Positions 19,903 to 30,440 of a stretch of 64,000 bases of DNA are shown here, piece by piece. The stretch comes from Nitrosopumilus sp. (GTDB lineage Archaea > Thermoproteota > Nitrososphaeria > Nitrososphaerales > Nitrosopumilaceae): positions 768,001-832,000 of the forward strand of contig OZ252243.1 in assembly GCA_965249555.1 (NCBI GenBank), given 5' to 3'. Within the stretch, counting starts at the first letter, position 1, and every line of letters begins with the position of its first letter. Made by a program: the position numbers and the translations under genes. Below the pieces are notes generated by a model, which saw nothing but the letters and a program-made list of their open reading frames with translations, searched no databases and was not told the origin of the DNA.

Positions 19903-20775
19903 TTAGTTATCAGGAACTACAATTCCTCTATCTATCATCTTTAGTGCAGTATCTGCTTTTAGACACATTGCCACACCGTTTGATGCTTTCATTACAAAGC
20001 TGAATCCTTCACGACATTCAACGTCTGCAGCATCAAAGCCGGCAGTCATTTGAGTACGTGGGAAAATCCATGCTAGTTGCATGTCTTTGGCCTTTTCAAT
20101 TAAATCTGCTCCAAGTTCTTGTTTTTCCTCGTCAGCCATATCAGATGCTCTTTCTCGAAGATCAGCTTTGAAGGCTCTCATCTCAGCGATTCTATCATGA
20201 ATCTCTGATTTGCGCTCCTCAGTTGGATTGACTGTTGACATGTATTCTCTGTATTTCATTTTGAGTTCAGACTTTTTTGCATCGGTCCAATCACCATGCT
20301 TTTCTTTGAATTTCATCTTGATTTCATCCATTCTCTCGTCCGTAATGTCATGCTTTTCCATGATCATTGCTTTGAGTCGTGGAGAAATATCAGACATTTT
20401 CATTTTGTCATGTAGTTTGTCTTTTGCGACATCAGACATTCTGTCTTTTGCCATATCTGACATTCCATCAAAGTCATGTTTTTTGTCCATCATTCTGTCT
20501 TTCATGTCGCCTTTGTGATCTCGCTTGTAGTCTTCTCTTTCTTCTGGTGTCATTTCACACCATTTAGAGATTCTATCAAGTTTTGCTACATCAATGATTT
20601 CTAATACACGATCAGATGCTGCCATATCACATAGTCTATCATAATTCATGTGAGGTCGTTTGTCAGACATTTTGTCTTTCATATGATCTTTGATGAAATC
20701 CGTTCTTGCATTGTCATCTAGTGAACAGTATTTGTTCATCTTTTCGACATGATCTGCTGCTTTGTCATGTTCAGG
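19903..20775 (-). pseudogene. 5'-truncated Met/His/Lys/Asp-rich helical repeat protein with C-terminal C-x-EG...C domain
   Basis: Frame stays open to ~20775 with no proper start or signal peptide; repeated YC/LC/WC-x-M-x-x-x-x-R units; CREGF...VAMCLK tail. Confidence 0.6.
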
Positions 20776-21046
20776 TCAAGATGTACTCAAATTTACTGAA
20801 ATAATGTGGCACAAGGCAGCAATGCTAGAGGCCAAAAAAGACCGAATTAAATCAAGACTTGAAGAATCATTTGGACCAGCACTAGACAGAGGTGCAGACG
20901 CAGTAGTTGAAGCAGTTGGTAAAAAAATTAGCTCAGCAGTTCAAAGCGCCAATTCAGAGCAAGAATTGCACAACAAACTATCTTCAATATTAAAAGAAGC
21001 CACAAACCAGATTTTTTTATTCAGTTTTTTTCTTTTTTATTTTTAG
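20762..21046 (+). pseudogene. 5'-truncated hypothetical helical protein
   Basis: Protein-like helical sequence begins abruptly head-to-head with the truncated minus-strand gene; 3' end runs into a T-tract. Confidence 0.45.
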
Positions 21047-21076
21047 AATCTTTATGATTAAGATAGTTACATGTTT

Positions 21077-21628
21077 CTAAGTGGTAAGATTCAGTGCCTC
21101 GCCAAAGTAATATCCAGCCAAAATTGTTGCAGCAGACCAAATACATGAACCTGCAAACGTATACAATACGAATTTAGGAATTTTCATTTGTAGTAATCCG
21201 GCCGGAACTGAAATCATCTCTCTCATTACTGGAATCATTCTTCCCAAAAATACTGCCTTGTCTCCATACTTTTCAAACCAAATCTCAACTCGTTCTAATT
21301 TTTTTTCTGATACCTTGACATACTTCAGATAACGAAGTAAAACTACCCGTCCAAGTTTTAATGCAACAAAATAGATTGCAGAGGTTCCAATGGTAGCACC
21401 GATTGCGCCAAGAATGATCATAGGAATTACACCAATCAATGGAATTCCTTGTTGTGACGCCAAGAATCCTGCTGTTGGAAATATTGCCAGAGTGGGAATT
21501 GGCGGAATTATAGTCTCAATTAGAGCAGCTAGGAATATGCCCTCATAGAGATGTCCTCCTAAAAATTCTGTAACCCATGCCAAAAACGAATCAAATGGTT
21601 CCATTTGCTTCTGGCAACGAGATCCCAC
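21077..21628 (-). CDS. DedA family membrane protein (likely start ~21604)
   Basis: ETIIPPIP, F.KYG.KAVFLGRMIPVMR..ISVPAG motifs. Confidence 0.92.
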   Translation of the reverse strand: MGSRCQKQMEPFDSFLAWVTEFLGGHLYEGIFLAALIETIIPPIPTLAIFPTAGFLASQQGIPLIGVIPMIILGAIGATIGTSAIYFVALKLGRVVLLRYLKYVKVSEKKLERVEIWFEKYGDKAVFLGRMIPVMREMISVPAGLLQMKIPKFVLYTFAGSCIWSAATILAGYYFGEALNLTT

Positions 21629-21669
21629 TAAATTACTTTACGAGTAAAAACTTGCAATGATTAGTCATA

Positions 21670-21929
21670 TTTTGTACCTAAAGATTGAGGATGAAAGTAC
21701 TGTATTAAGACTAGAGAACTTTGAATCTGCTAACTGTCCAGACTTGTTTGTCTACTTGCCAACATACGATAACGCATCAGAGTTCATCAATCCAGGAGGG
21801 CGCTAAAGGCAGACAATGGGAATCAAAATTATGAAATCCCGGATGACACTGATCTTAGCAAATACAAAAGTTTTGATTTGGTATAAATCATTTAGTGTTT
21901 TGTTTGAAAGTGCTGAATTATCTTCCTAA
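21670..21929 (+). pseudogene. DM13-domain protein remnant
   Basis: Joined frames give VLRLENFESANCPDLFVYL...LKADNGNQNYEIPDDTDLSKY..VLIWYKSFSVLFESAEL*; no start codon; frameshifted. Confidence 0.75.
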
Positions 21930-21943
21930 TAATTTTTTTTAAA

Positions 21944-22384
21944 ATGGCTCAAAAGGAATTTTTTATATCCAATACCAGTTGTAAACAATCAGTGTTTGTG
22001 TTAACTACTAATTTTCCTGTCTTTTCATTTTCAGAGATTATTCCAAAGAATCTGTTTTCTTTTTCAGGAACAGATGGTGGGGAATCAGCACCAAATCCCA
22101 GATTCAAAATGATACTTTGGTTTATCATTTCAGGCACAAAGGGGGGAATTAACAGAGCAAAAATCCTGAATTTGATAAAGGATACTCCAATGAATGCAAA
22201 CAAGATTGCAACTGTATTGAATTTGGATCATAAAACAATAGTCCATCATGTAAAAATTCTTTCAAAAAATGAACTTGTTGTAAAAGCAGAAAAAGACTAT
22301 GGAGCAGAATATCAATTATCGCAAATCATGAAGGACAATCATATGGTACTCGAGGAGATTATGCAAAAAATTGGAACAAAATAG
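21944..22384 (+). CDS. ArsR-like winged-helix transcriptional regulator (true start probably downstream)
   Basis: LWFIISGTKGGINRAKIL...MNANKIA..LNLDHKTIVHHVKIL; paralog of 53132-53434. Confidence 0.85.
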   Translation: MAQKEFFISNTSCKQSVFVLTTNFPVFSFSEIIPKNLFSFSGTDGGESAPNPRFKMILWFIISGTKGGINRAKILNLIKDTPMNANKIATVLNLDHKTIVHHVKILSKNELVVKAEKDYGAEYQLSQIMKDNHMVLEEIMQKIGTK

Positions 22385-22411
22385 ATTAACTATCAAGAGG
22401 TAAGATGCGTC

Positions 22412-22714
22412 ATGGTAGACTTTATGCTGGCTGCAGTAATATCTGCATTTCTTAACATTGGATTACTGTTAGTTACAATTGCAACCTATATTCAAAACAT
22501 GAGAGTTATCAGGTCATACTATACGTCCGGTTTGGTTCTGGTTGCATCCTTACTAATGATCCAAAATATCATGATTGTATTGTTTTGGTCAACACTATAC
22601 ATAGATGATAAGGCCTTGATGATGTCAGCTGATATGGTTTCACAGTACCTGTTTGCAATCAATGTAGTTCAGACAATTGGATTGTCAATTCTTGTCTGGA
22701 TTACCAGAAGATAG
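22412..22714 (+). CDS. 3-TM membrane protein
   Basis: Three hydrophobic helices; resembles 52822-53106. Confidence 0.75.
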   Translation: MVDFMLAAVISAFLNIGLLLVTIATYIQNMRVIRSYYTSGLVLVASLLMIQNIMIVLFWSTLYIDDKALMMSADMVSQYLFAINVVQTIGLSILVWITRR

Positions 22715-22784
22715 TCCAAAAAGTTGAACGAAAGCAGAGCAATACCATCTAAATTAATAATCAGAAAGAATTCAAAATGGATAA

Positions 22785-23201
22785 TTGAGTTATAGGTTTT
22801 TAGATCATGCAACTGACGCAATAATTGAGGTTACAGCCAAAGACCTCAAAGAGGCGTTTTCAGTAACGGCTGATGCGGTGATTAATCTAACACTTGATCA
22901 AGACAAAGTAGAGGAAAAAGATCAAAAAGAGTTTTCAGCAAATGGAAAAGACCTAAGATATCTTTTATTTAGTTGGCTTGAAGAGGTTACTTTTGTTCTA
23001 ATTACGCAAGGATTTGCAATAAAGAGAGTAGAATTTGATATTGAGGAAAAAGAGGGCTACAAAATTATTGCCAAAGCATACGGTGAGCCTCTTGATTTGC
23101 ACAAACACAATTTCAAAGTAGAGATAAAGGCACCCACATTTTACGAAATGGAAATTAAGCAAGATGAAGGTGTTTTTATGAAATTTTTACTTGATTTGTG
23201 A
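22785..23201 (+). CDS. Archease
   Basis: YRFLDHATD, EIKAPTFYEM and FLLDL motifs. Confidence 0.93.
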   Translation: MSYRFLDHATDAIIEVTAKDLKEAFSVTADAVINLTLDQDKVEEKDQKEFSANGKDLRYLLFSWLEEVTFVLITQGFAIKRVEFDIEEKEGYKIIAKAYGEPLDLHKHNFKVEIKAPTFYEMEIKQDEGVFMKFLLDL

Positions 23202-23279
23202 TTTTAGTTAATTATTCTTTGCAAGAAACAAGAAGAAATTATACGTGTTTTTTAAAAATAAACTCTGAAAACCAGTATT

Positions 23280-24749
23280 ATGCGCACAAGACTAGCAACA
23301 ATTGCAGTATTTTCGTTGTTTACACTGATGATGATGCCAGCCTATGCAAGTGTTACATCAATGTCACTTGAAAAGAACTTTTACACCACTAATGAGAGTT
23401 TCAAGTTCATTGGAATCCAAGATGGAAAGAACATAGTCCATATCATAATCCGTGATGCAAGGGGAAATTTTGAGGGAATGCTCTCAGACCCTAAACAGAT
23501 TCAAGGTGAATTTGATGCAATTCCCAAACCAGTATCAGATTACTTCAAAGATAATGGAATCTATAACGCAACGGGATTCACTGGTGATGAAAAAGAAGAA
23601 GACGGATTTACAATAAAACTAGAGTTTGACGGATACAAATTATTTGAAGTTCCGGATGCTGTGTTACAGCTAAATACAATTAACGACAAAACAGTAGAGG
23701 TGGAAAAAACTATTACATTTACAGCTAGTATTACTGATAGCTCAATTGATAATGCAGTGTTTAGTTTACAAAATGATTCTACAGGAGCTACAATAGATCC
23801 AAGTTCTGGACAATTTGTTTGGACTCCATCTAAATCGTATGGAAGTACACAAGACCAACCATATTATTTTGACATCATTGTAACTTATGAAGCACAAGAG
23901 GATAAAGAAAATTTCATAATTACTGTAATGCAAGCATATGTTGAACCAGAAAAACCGGAACCAACACCAGAGCCGGAACCAACACCGGAACCGGAAGAAT
24001 TGGAAATTCCAGCACCATTTGTAGATGAGGCAAAAGATCCGCAAAGTTATGTGGACAGATACAACAGTGAGGCAATCTACAAAAAGTGGTTTGATGATAC
24101 ATATCCAGAATATGATTCAATTTATGAGGCGATAGGACTGGATGGACCCAAAGAATTAGCACCATTTGTTGATCCAAATCTAGACCCCCAATACTATGTT
24201 GATAGATACAATAATGAAATTACATACAAGGATTGGTTTGATAAAACATATCCAGATACTACAATTTACGAAGCAGTAGGAGCAGAAGAACAAGTTGTTG
24301 AAGAACCAGAGTTTGGAGAATGCGGTGAAGGAACAGATCTTGTAAATGGAATGTGTGTTGTTGTTGATAATTCGGAAGGCGGCGGTTGTCTTATTGCAAC
24401 TGCAGCATATGGCTCAGAGATGGCACCACAAGTACAATTACTCAGAGAGATCCGTGATAATCAACTAATGAATACCGATTCTGGAGTGTCATTTATGACA
24501 GGATTCAACGAATTGTATTATTCATTCTCACCACATATAGCTGATATGCAAAGGGAAAACCCAGTATTCCAAGAAGCAGTAAAGATTGGGATAACTCCAT
24601 TGCTATCATCGCTATCAATAATGAAATATGCTGAATCAGACGCTGAAATTCTAGGGTATGGAATTGGCGTTATTTTGATGAATATTGGAATGTATTTTGC
24701 AGCACCAGCAATCATAATTTTTAAGGCTAGAAAATACATCAGAATCTAG
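23280..24749 (+). CDS. Secreted surface protein with Ig-like domain, EP linker, YVDRY repeats and CFI-box-CTERM anchor
   Basis: Signal peptide, FVWTPS, GGGCLIATAAYGSEMAPQVQLLREIRD and a C-terminal TM. Confidence 0.85.
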   Translation: MRTRLATIAVFSLFTLMMMPAYASVTSMSLEKNFYTTNESFKFIGIQDGKNIVHIIIRDARGNFEGMLSDPKQIQGEFDAIPKPVSDYFKDNGIYNATGFTGDEKEEDGFTIKLEFDGYKLFEVPDAVLQLNTINDKTVEVEKTITFTASITDSSIDNAVFSLQNDSTGATIDPSSGQFVWTPSKSYGSTQDQPYYFDIIVTYEAQEDKENFIITVMQAYVEPEKPEPTPEPEPTPEPEELEIPAPFVDEAKDPQSYVDRYNSEAIYKKWFDDTYPEYDSIYEAIGLDGPKELAPFVDPNLDPQYYVDRYNNEITYKDWFDKTYPDTTIYEAVGAEEQVVEEPEFGECGEGTDLVNGMCVVVDNSEGGGCLIATAAYGSEMAPQVQLLREIRDNQLMNTDSGVSFMTGFNELYYSFSPHIADMQRENPVFQEAVKIGITPLLSSLSIMKYAESDAEILGYGIGVILMNIGMYFAAPAIIIFKARKYIRI

Positions 24750-27500
24750 AGAAATCTTCAGATATTGTAAACCTCAATTGATCAAATGGGTAGTGAAATT
24801 TATTACTTGATTTATTAAATTTGTACTAATGTGACTAGTTACAAATTGGGAAAAAAAATAATTTTTAGTCTTTTATTCGTGCTTTGTATTGCATCTATTC
24901 AGATTGCATATGCTGAACCAGAATTTGCTTTCAAATTTGGCTCATCTGGTACGAATGTTGATGAACTAGATAATCCTACAGATGTGATATTAGATGAGAA
25001 GAGAAAGAAGGTCTATGTAATAGATAACAAGAACAATAGAGTTAGTGTGTTTGAAGATGATGGAGATGATGAATTCATTTATGGATCATTTTGTGACATT
25101 GAATCTATTCAAGACTGTAATAACAATGCAAATGGGGCAAATGATGATGGGGATGGTCAATTCAATGATCTAATTAGTATTGCCAGAGATGCATTAGGAA
25201 AATTTTTTGTTGTAGATGCAGGTAATTCAAGAGTACAGATATTTGATGATGATGGTGAATTCCAATCAAAGTTTGGCTCATCAGATAGTGTTGATGATGA
25301 ATATCTTGGCCTAGCTGTAGGAATTGTAATACAAGAATCATCTAGGGATATTTTTGTTTCAGATGTTGAAAGAGATTCAATATCTGTTTTTGATTCAACA
25401 GGTAGCTTCAAGTTTAAATTTGATTCATTTGATGGAAGCGATAACTTTCAAAATCCAACAAACATGATAATTGATAATTCAGAAGAAATGTTGTTTGTTA
25501 CAGACACAGGAAACGATAGAATCATCATCTTTGAACTAGTTGATGACACAACTTGTCCTAGTGGAACAGTAGAGTCAGTTGATGGCATTTGTTTTGTGAA
25601 AGAATTTGGTTCTGCAGGTGTAGGAAATGGAAAATTTGATGAACCAGCAGGACTTGCGTATGATTCTGTTAATGATTTGTTGTATGTGGCAGATACAAAT
25701 AACGATAGAATTCAGATCTTTGAGATAATTGATGATGATACTTGTCCTAGTGGAACAGAGGAAATAGTTGACGGGGTTTGTTTTGTTGAAGAATTTGGTT
25801 CTTCAGGTGCAGGAAATGGAAAATTTGATGATCCAGTTGGAATAGCACTAGATACAACTAGTGATTTGTTGTTTGTGGCTGATGCGGATAATGATAGAAT
25901 TCAGGTATTTGATCTAAACACGGCGCCACGAGTTCTTACTCCAGATGTGCCTGATAATCTAAAGGCATTTCCAATTTCACCAACGTCAATAGTAATTTCA
26001 TGGAATGAGCCAGAAATGGAAGAGAACGTACCTGCAATTTCAGGATACAAGATAGAATACAAGACTGGTTCAGACGATTACATTACAATCGCTGAAAATA
26101 CAGCAAGTACGGTAACATCATTTATTCATCAGGGACTTAATTCTGGTGAAGTTTATTTTTACCATGTTTATTCAATTAATTCAGAAGGAACAAGCGTTTC
26201 ATCATTGGTGTCAACTAAACCAGAACACACTACAACACCTACATTATTAACTGCAACAGCAATTTCGCCTAGCCAGATAAAACTTTCTTGGTCACCACCA
26301 TCAGAAACTTTTAGACAATCAATTAGTGGTTATGAAATTAAAAGAGAAGTCATTCTAGAAGTTTATGATGTTGTAGGAAATACGAATGCACAAACCACCA
26401 CATACATTGTAAGTGGTTTGGAAACCGATAAGACATACACATATGTAATTAGTGCAAATATTGGATATGGATCAACACAAGAATCAAATTTGCTATCTGT
26501 TACTCCACGAGAGGATTCAGTAGATTCATCAGAAGAACCAATGACATCAACTGAGGTACGAATGACAGTTTCCACACCACCGATAAAATTAACGGCATCA
26601 GTTGTTTCGGCAACTCAAATCAACTTATCATGGAGTCAGCCGGTAAAAGATGGAAATTCATCAGTTACAGGTTACAAAATTGAAGTGAAGAGAGATAGTG
26701 GTTCATACACTACACTAGTTGCAGATACAAAAAGTAGAACTAGGGCATACTCACACACAGATCTCATAACAAATTCAATGTATACCTACAAGATTTCAGC
26801 AATAAACATTGTAGGAGTTAGTGAACCATCAAATGAATTTTCTACTACACCAAAATCATCAAATGTGCAAATCAGCCCCATGGGTAAATTAACAATAGAC
26901 GAAGGAAAATTATTATCTTTCACAGTCAATCTTGTAGATAATTCAGTCAAAGATGTAATATTTAGTTTGGATGAAGATTCACCATCAGGTGCAAACATCA
27001 TATCAAATACAGGCATGTTTTCATGGACACCATCAGGTTCTGATGGTGGAAAAACATACACATTTGATGTGGTAACAAAAAAAGATGAAAACTCAGATAG
27101 GGAGACAATAACTATTACAGTCAATGACGTAATGAATGATTCACAGTCAACAACAGAGCCTGAACCAACAACAGAGCCTGAACCAACATCAGAGCCTGAA
27201 GAGTTAGGAATTGCATCATTTGTAGATGAGTCAAAAGATCCGCAAAGTTATGTGGATAGATACAACAGTGAGGCAAGCTACAAAAAGTGGTTTGATGATA
27301 CATATCCAGAATATGATTCAATTTATGAGGCTGTAGGGCTAGAAGAGCCATTAGAAATTCCAGCACCATTTGTAGATGAGTCAAAAGATCCGCAAAGTTA
27401 TGTGGATAGATACAACAGTGAGGCAAGCTACAAAAAGTGGTTTGATGATACACACCCAGAATATGATTCAATTTATGAGGCTGTAGGACTAGAAGAGCCA
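24000..27500 (+). repeat. Four copies of a ~135-bp coding module in two adjacent genes (~24000-24140, ~24156-24282, ~27205-27345, ~27352-27495)
   Basis: Encodes PFVDxxKDPQSYVDRYNSEAxYKKWFDDTYPEYDSIYEAxGL; three copies are nearly identical at DNA level. Confidence 0.9.
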
Positions 27501-27611
27501 AAAATTAAAGAGAAGAAATTTGGAATATGCGGTCCTGGAACAAAGTTGATTGACGGCGTATGTACAATTATTCAAAAACCAATTGTAAAGCCATGGTGGA
27601 AATTTTGGTAA
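24831..27611 (+). CDS. Secreted NHL-repeat / fibronectin type III / Ig-like surface protein
   Basis: Signal peptide; NHL blades (FDEPAGLA..LYVADTNNDRIQIF); three FN3 domains (LSWS.P, GYKIE); two YVDRY repeats; KPWWKFW terminus. Confidence 0.88.
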   Translation: MTSYKLGKKIIFSLLFVLCIASIQIAYAEPEFAFKFGSSGTNVDELDNPTDVILDEKRKKVYVIDNKNNRVSVFEDDGDDEFIYGSFCDIESIQDCNNNANGANDDGDGQFNDLISIARDALGKFFVVDAGNSRVQIFDDDGEFQSKFGSSDSVDDEYLGLAVGIVIQESSRDIFVSDVERDSISVFDSTGSFKFKFDSFDGSDNFQNPTNMIIDNSEEMLFVTDTGNDRIIIFELVDDTTCPSGTVESVDGICFVKEFGSAGVGNGKFDEPAGLAYDSVNDLLYVADTNNDRIQIFEIIDDDTCPSGTEEIVDGVCFVEEFGSSGAGNGKFDDPVGIALDTTSDLLFVADADNDRIQVFDLNTAPRVLTPDVPDNLKAFPISPTSIVISWNEPEMEENVPAISGYKIEYKTGSDDYITIAENTASTVTSFIHQGLNSGEVYFYHVYSINSEGTSVSSLVSTKPEHTTTPTLLTATAISPSQIKLSWSPPSETFRQSISGYEIKREVILEVYDVVGNTNAQTTTYIVSGLETDKTYTYVISANIGYGSTQESNLLSVTPREDSVDSSEEPMTSTEVRMTVSTPPIKLTASVVSATQINLSWSQPVKDGNSSVTGYKIEVKRDSGSYTTLVADTKSRTRAYSHTDLITNSMYTYKISAINIVGVSEPSNEFSTTPKSSNVQISPMGKLTIDEGKLLSFTVNLVDNSVKDVIFSLDEDSPSGANIISNTGMFSWTPSGSDGGKTYTFDVVTKKDENSDRETITITVNDVMNDSQSTTEPEPTTEPEPTSEPEELGIASFVDESKDPQSYVDRYNSEASYKKWFDDTYPEYDSIYEAVGLEEPLEIPAPFVDESKDPQSYVDRYNSEASYKKWFDDTHPEYDSIYEAVGLEEPKIKEKKFGICGPGTKLIDGVCTIIQKPIVKPWWKFW

Positions 27612-27659
27612 AATACATTGAAAGTTAAGTTTTAATCACAATACTTTTTCATCATCATT

Positions 27660-27806
27660 ATGGGAGAATTAGGCAAGAATCTTCGAATTTGTGGTGATTG
27701 CGGTATTGCATATACTTCGACTAGTTATACAAAATACATCGATCAGTGTCCCATATGCAAATCAAGAAGATATGAGAAAATTTCAATAAATACAGAGGAT
27801 AAATAA
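27660..27806 (+). CDS. Small zinc-ribbon protein, 48 aa (not in the ORF track)
   Basis: MGELGKNLRICGDCGIAYTSTSYTKYIDQCPICKSRRYEKISINTEDK; two CxxC motifs; TATA-like TTTTAAT upstream. Confidence 0.7.
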   Translation: MGELGKNLRICGDCGIAYTSTSYTKYIDQCPICKSRRYEKISINTEDK

Positions 27807-27850
27807 TTTTTCAACATAGATTTTTTAGTAGAACTGATTTTTCAGACATA

Positions 27851-28252
27851 TTGTCTGATGACCCAGAAATTGAGAAAATAAAGCAGCGAAGACTAGAAGA
27901 GATGCTCAAACAACAAAATCAGCCCAAAATTGAGCCTGGAATCATAGATTTGAATGACTCTAATTTTGACCAAACAGTATCAGCTGAGAATCCAACATTA
28001 GTGGATTTTTGGGCAGAATGGTGTGGCCCATGCAAGATGATGCATCCCGTTTTTGAAAGTCTGTCAAAAACGTATCCAAAAATAAAATTTGCCAGAGTCG
28101 ATGTTGATAACAATCAAAACATTGCAAGAAGATTTGCAGTTCAATCAATTCCTACATTTATCATGTTCAGGTCAGGACAGATTGCAGACAAAATGATGGG
28201 AGCAGTTGGCGCACCTGGAATTCATATGATTTGTAAAAAATATTCAAACTAG
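27851..28252 (+). CDS. Thioredoxin with N-terminal helical extension
   Basis: DFWAEWCGPCK, SIPTF. Confidence 0.93.
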   Translation: MSDDPEIEKIKQRRLEEMLKQQNQPKIEPGIIDLNDSNFDQTVSAENPTLVDFWAEWCGPCKMMHPVFESLSKTYPKIKFARVDVDNNQNIARRFAVQSIPTFIMFRSGQIADKMMGAVGAPGIHMICKKYSN

Positions 28253-30030
28253 TAAGCGTATACTGGCTCTTTTTCTCGTTGAATCCTAACTATCTCATTT
28301 AGAATTTGTTGTTCTTCAGTGCTGAGTTTATGCATGAATCTATTTAGTAGTTGTTTTGCTTGGTGTGATGGCGGAAACGTATAGTAGACTTCTTCTTCAA
28401 AGATTTGTCTCCCAATAGTTACATCTCTGACAGAGCATGCTACCTCATCGCCAGTTTTTGCAGAAGTGACCGTCTTTTTATCAAGCTGAAGTTGATGGAT
28501 ATTTCCAACCTTTCTTCCACTCATGTTCATAAATGGAATTTTTTGTTTTAGGGTTCCCACATCTATGCGAATTCCAAAAACGGCAGGATCGTTATTTCGG
28601 AAAACCATTCCTTTGAGAAAAGTAAACTTTACGATTGGAACTAGTTCTGAAAATATTGCATCCTCCTCATTTGCACTGTCTTCTTCAACCCATGCATTGT
28701 AGTTGTCAATTAAACTGTAGATTACTTTGTCTTCAAACACTTTGATATGACTGTCTTCTGATTCATCTTTTGCATCAGGTAGAACCCTAACATTAAATGA
28801 CAAAACAACTCCTAGATGTCTGTCTTTTTCTTTGATTGCTCTGGCCTCTATGACATCTCGTCTGGTAACAGGACCAATGTCGGCTTTGGCAACAGGTACT
28901 TGTGAACGTCGAAGCATCTCAATTATGGCCTCAAGTGAGCCTATAGTATCACATTTTAGTATAATACCATCAGTTTCAGTATCAATAAACATAGATTTCA
29001 TCTCAGATTCGATGAGTTTGGTAAATTTTTCAATCTCTTGTTGGTTTGATGCGACATAAAGAGTACTTCCTGGAAGAACTCCTTCAAGATCAGGTGATGC
29101 AATTTTTAGTCCAGCAGCAGCATCTACTTGTGTAACTGGTTTGAATTTGTCCCGAGGATCTCGCATCTCATCAAGAGGTTTTGGCAAAAGCAGTGCTTTT
29201 GGTTTTATAGCGATAACAGAATCTCTTTTAGCTACAACAATGCTGTTTTCTTTTTTGATTGTGCCATCAATTAGAATAATATTTGCCGTCTGTCCCAATC
29301 CCACCTCGTCTTTTACCTCCAAGATAATGCCGCGTGGATCTTTCTCTTCTTTACTTAGTCTTTTTTGAAGATATTGTTGTGTCAGTCCTACTAGTACGCT
29401 AAGTAGCTCTGGAATGCCAACTCCAGATCGTGCAGAAATTGGAACTATTGCAATCTCGGATTTAAAGTCCTTAACACGGTAAAATGCTTCTGATTTATAT
29501 CCCAAAATAGAAAGAGTTCCTACTACATCATAGAGCTTTTGATCAAGATCAGCTTGAATGGATGCATCTTGTTCTTTTAATACCTGTGAGATGAATGAAG
29601 ATTCTGATTTTCTCCATCCAGAAATTTGATCACATTTGTTTAGTGCAACAACAAATGGAACTTTTCTGTTCTGTAAAATTTTCAAGCTTTCGTTTGTCTG
29701 TGGTTGAAATCCGCGATTAACATCAACTACAAGAATTGCAATGTCAGCTGCTGAACCTCCTCGAAAACGAAGGTTTCTAAAAACTTCGTGTCCTGGAGTG
29801 TCAATAACTAAAATTCCTGGAACTTGGTTTTCTGATTCTTCAAGTTTCTTGTATAGGATACCACATGTTTCTTTGATGGTCTCAGTTGGAAGAAAGCTAG
29901 CACCAATATGCTGAGTGATTCCACCTGCTTCTCTACCTTGAACACCTGTACCACGAATTCGATCTAAAAGGGATGTTTTACCAGAGTCTACATGACCAAG
30001 AACTGCCACTATGGGCTGACGAATTTGCAA
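28249..30030 (-). CDS. infB: Translation initiation factor aIF5B (IF-2)
   Basis: GHVDSGKT, GGITQHIGA, DTPGHE and NKCD motifs. Confidence 0.97.
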   Translation of the reverse strand: MQIRQPIVAVLGHVDSGKTSLLDRIRGTGVQGREAGGITQHIGASFLPTETIKETCGILYKKLEESENQVPGILVIDTPGHEVFRNLRFRGGSAADIAILVVDVNRGFQPQTNESLKILQNRKVPFVVALNKCDQISGWRKSESSFISQVLKEQDASIQADLDQKLYDVVGTLSILGYKSEAFYRVKDFKSEIAIVPISARSGVGIPELLSVLVGLTQQYLQKRLSKEEKDPRGIILEVKDEVGLGQTANIILIDGTIKKENSIVVAKRDSVIAIKPKALLLPKPLDEMRDPRDKFKPVTQVDAAAGLKIASPDLEGVLPGSTLYVASNQQEIEKFTKLIESEMKSMFIDTETDGIILKCDTIGSLEAIIEMLRRSQVPVAKADIGPVTRRDVIEARAIKEKDRHLGVVLSFNVRVLPDAKDESEDSHIKVFEDKVIYSLIDNYNAWVEEDSANEEDAIFSELVPIVKFTFLKGMVFRNNDPAVFGIRIDVGTLKQKIPFMNMSGRKVGNIHQLQLDKKTVTSAKTGDEVACSVRDVTIGRQIFEEEVYYTFPPSHQAKQLLNRFMHKLSTEEQQILNEIVRIQREKEPVYAY

Positions 30031-30036
30031 ATCAGA

Positions 30037-30438
30037 TCACTCAAACGCTACCCTCGATTCGTGATCAAAACTTTCCTGGCAATCAGATGCATGGATAATA
30101 TTTTCACTTAATCCTAATCCAAAGTCTCCCCTAATGGAACCGGGTTCTGCTTCAAATGATTTAGTTGCACCAATCATAGTTCTTGTAGTAGCAATTGCAT
30201 TGTTTCCTTCAATGATTGCTGCAACTACAGGTCCTGATGTGATAAATGATGTTAGTTCACCAAAGAAAGGTTTGTCTTTGTGTATATCATAGAATTTCTT
30301 TGCCTGGTCTAGAGTAAATGTAAACATCTTTAATTTCAAAATTTTAAATCCTTTTTTTTCAAATCTTGAGATGATTTCACCAACTAGATTTCGAGCCACT
30401 GCATCTGGCTTTACAATGAATAGGGTATTTTCAGACAA
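30037..30438 (-). CDS. ndk: Nucleoside-diphosphate kinase
   Basis: IVKPDAV, PGSIRGDF, NIIHASD. Confidence 0.97.
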   Translation of the reverse strand: MSENTLFIVKPDAVARNLVGEIISRFEKKGFKILKLKMFTFTLDQAKKFYDIHKDKPFFGELTSFITSGPVVAAIIEGNNAIATTRTMIGATKSFEAEPGSIRGDFGLGLSENIIHASDCQESFDHESRVAFE

Positions 30439-30440
30439 TT

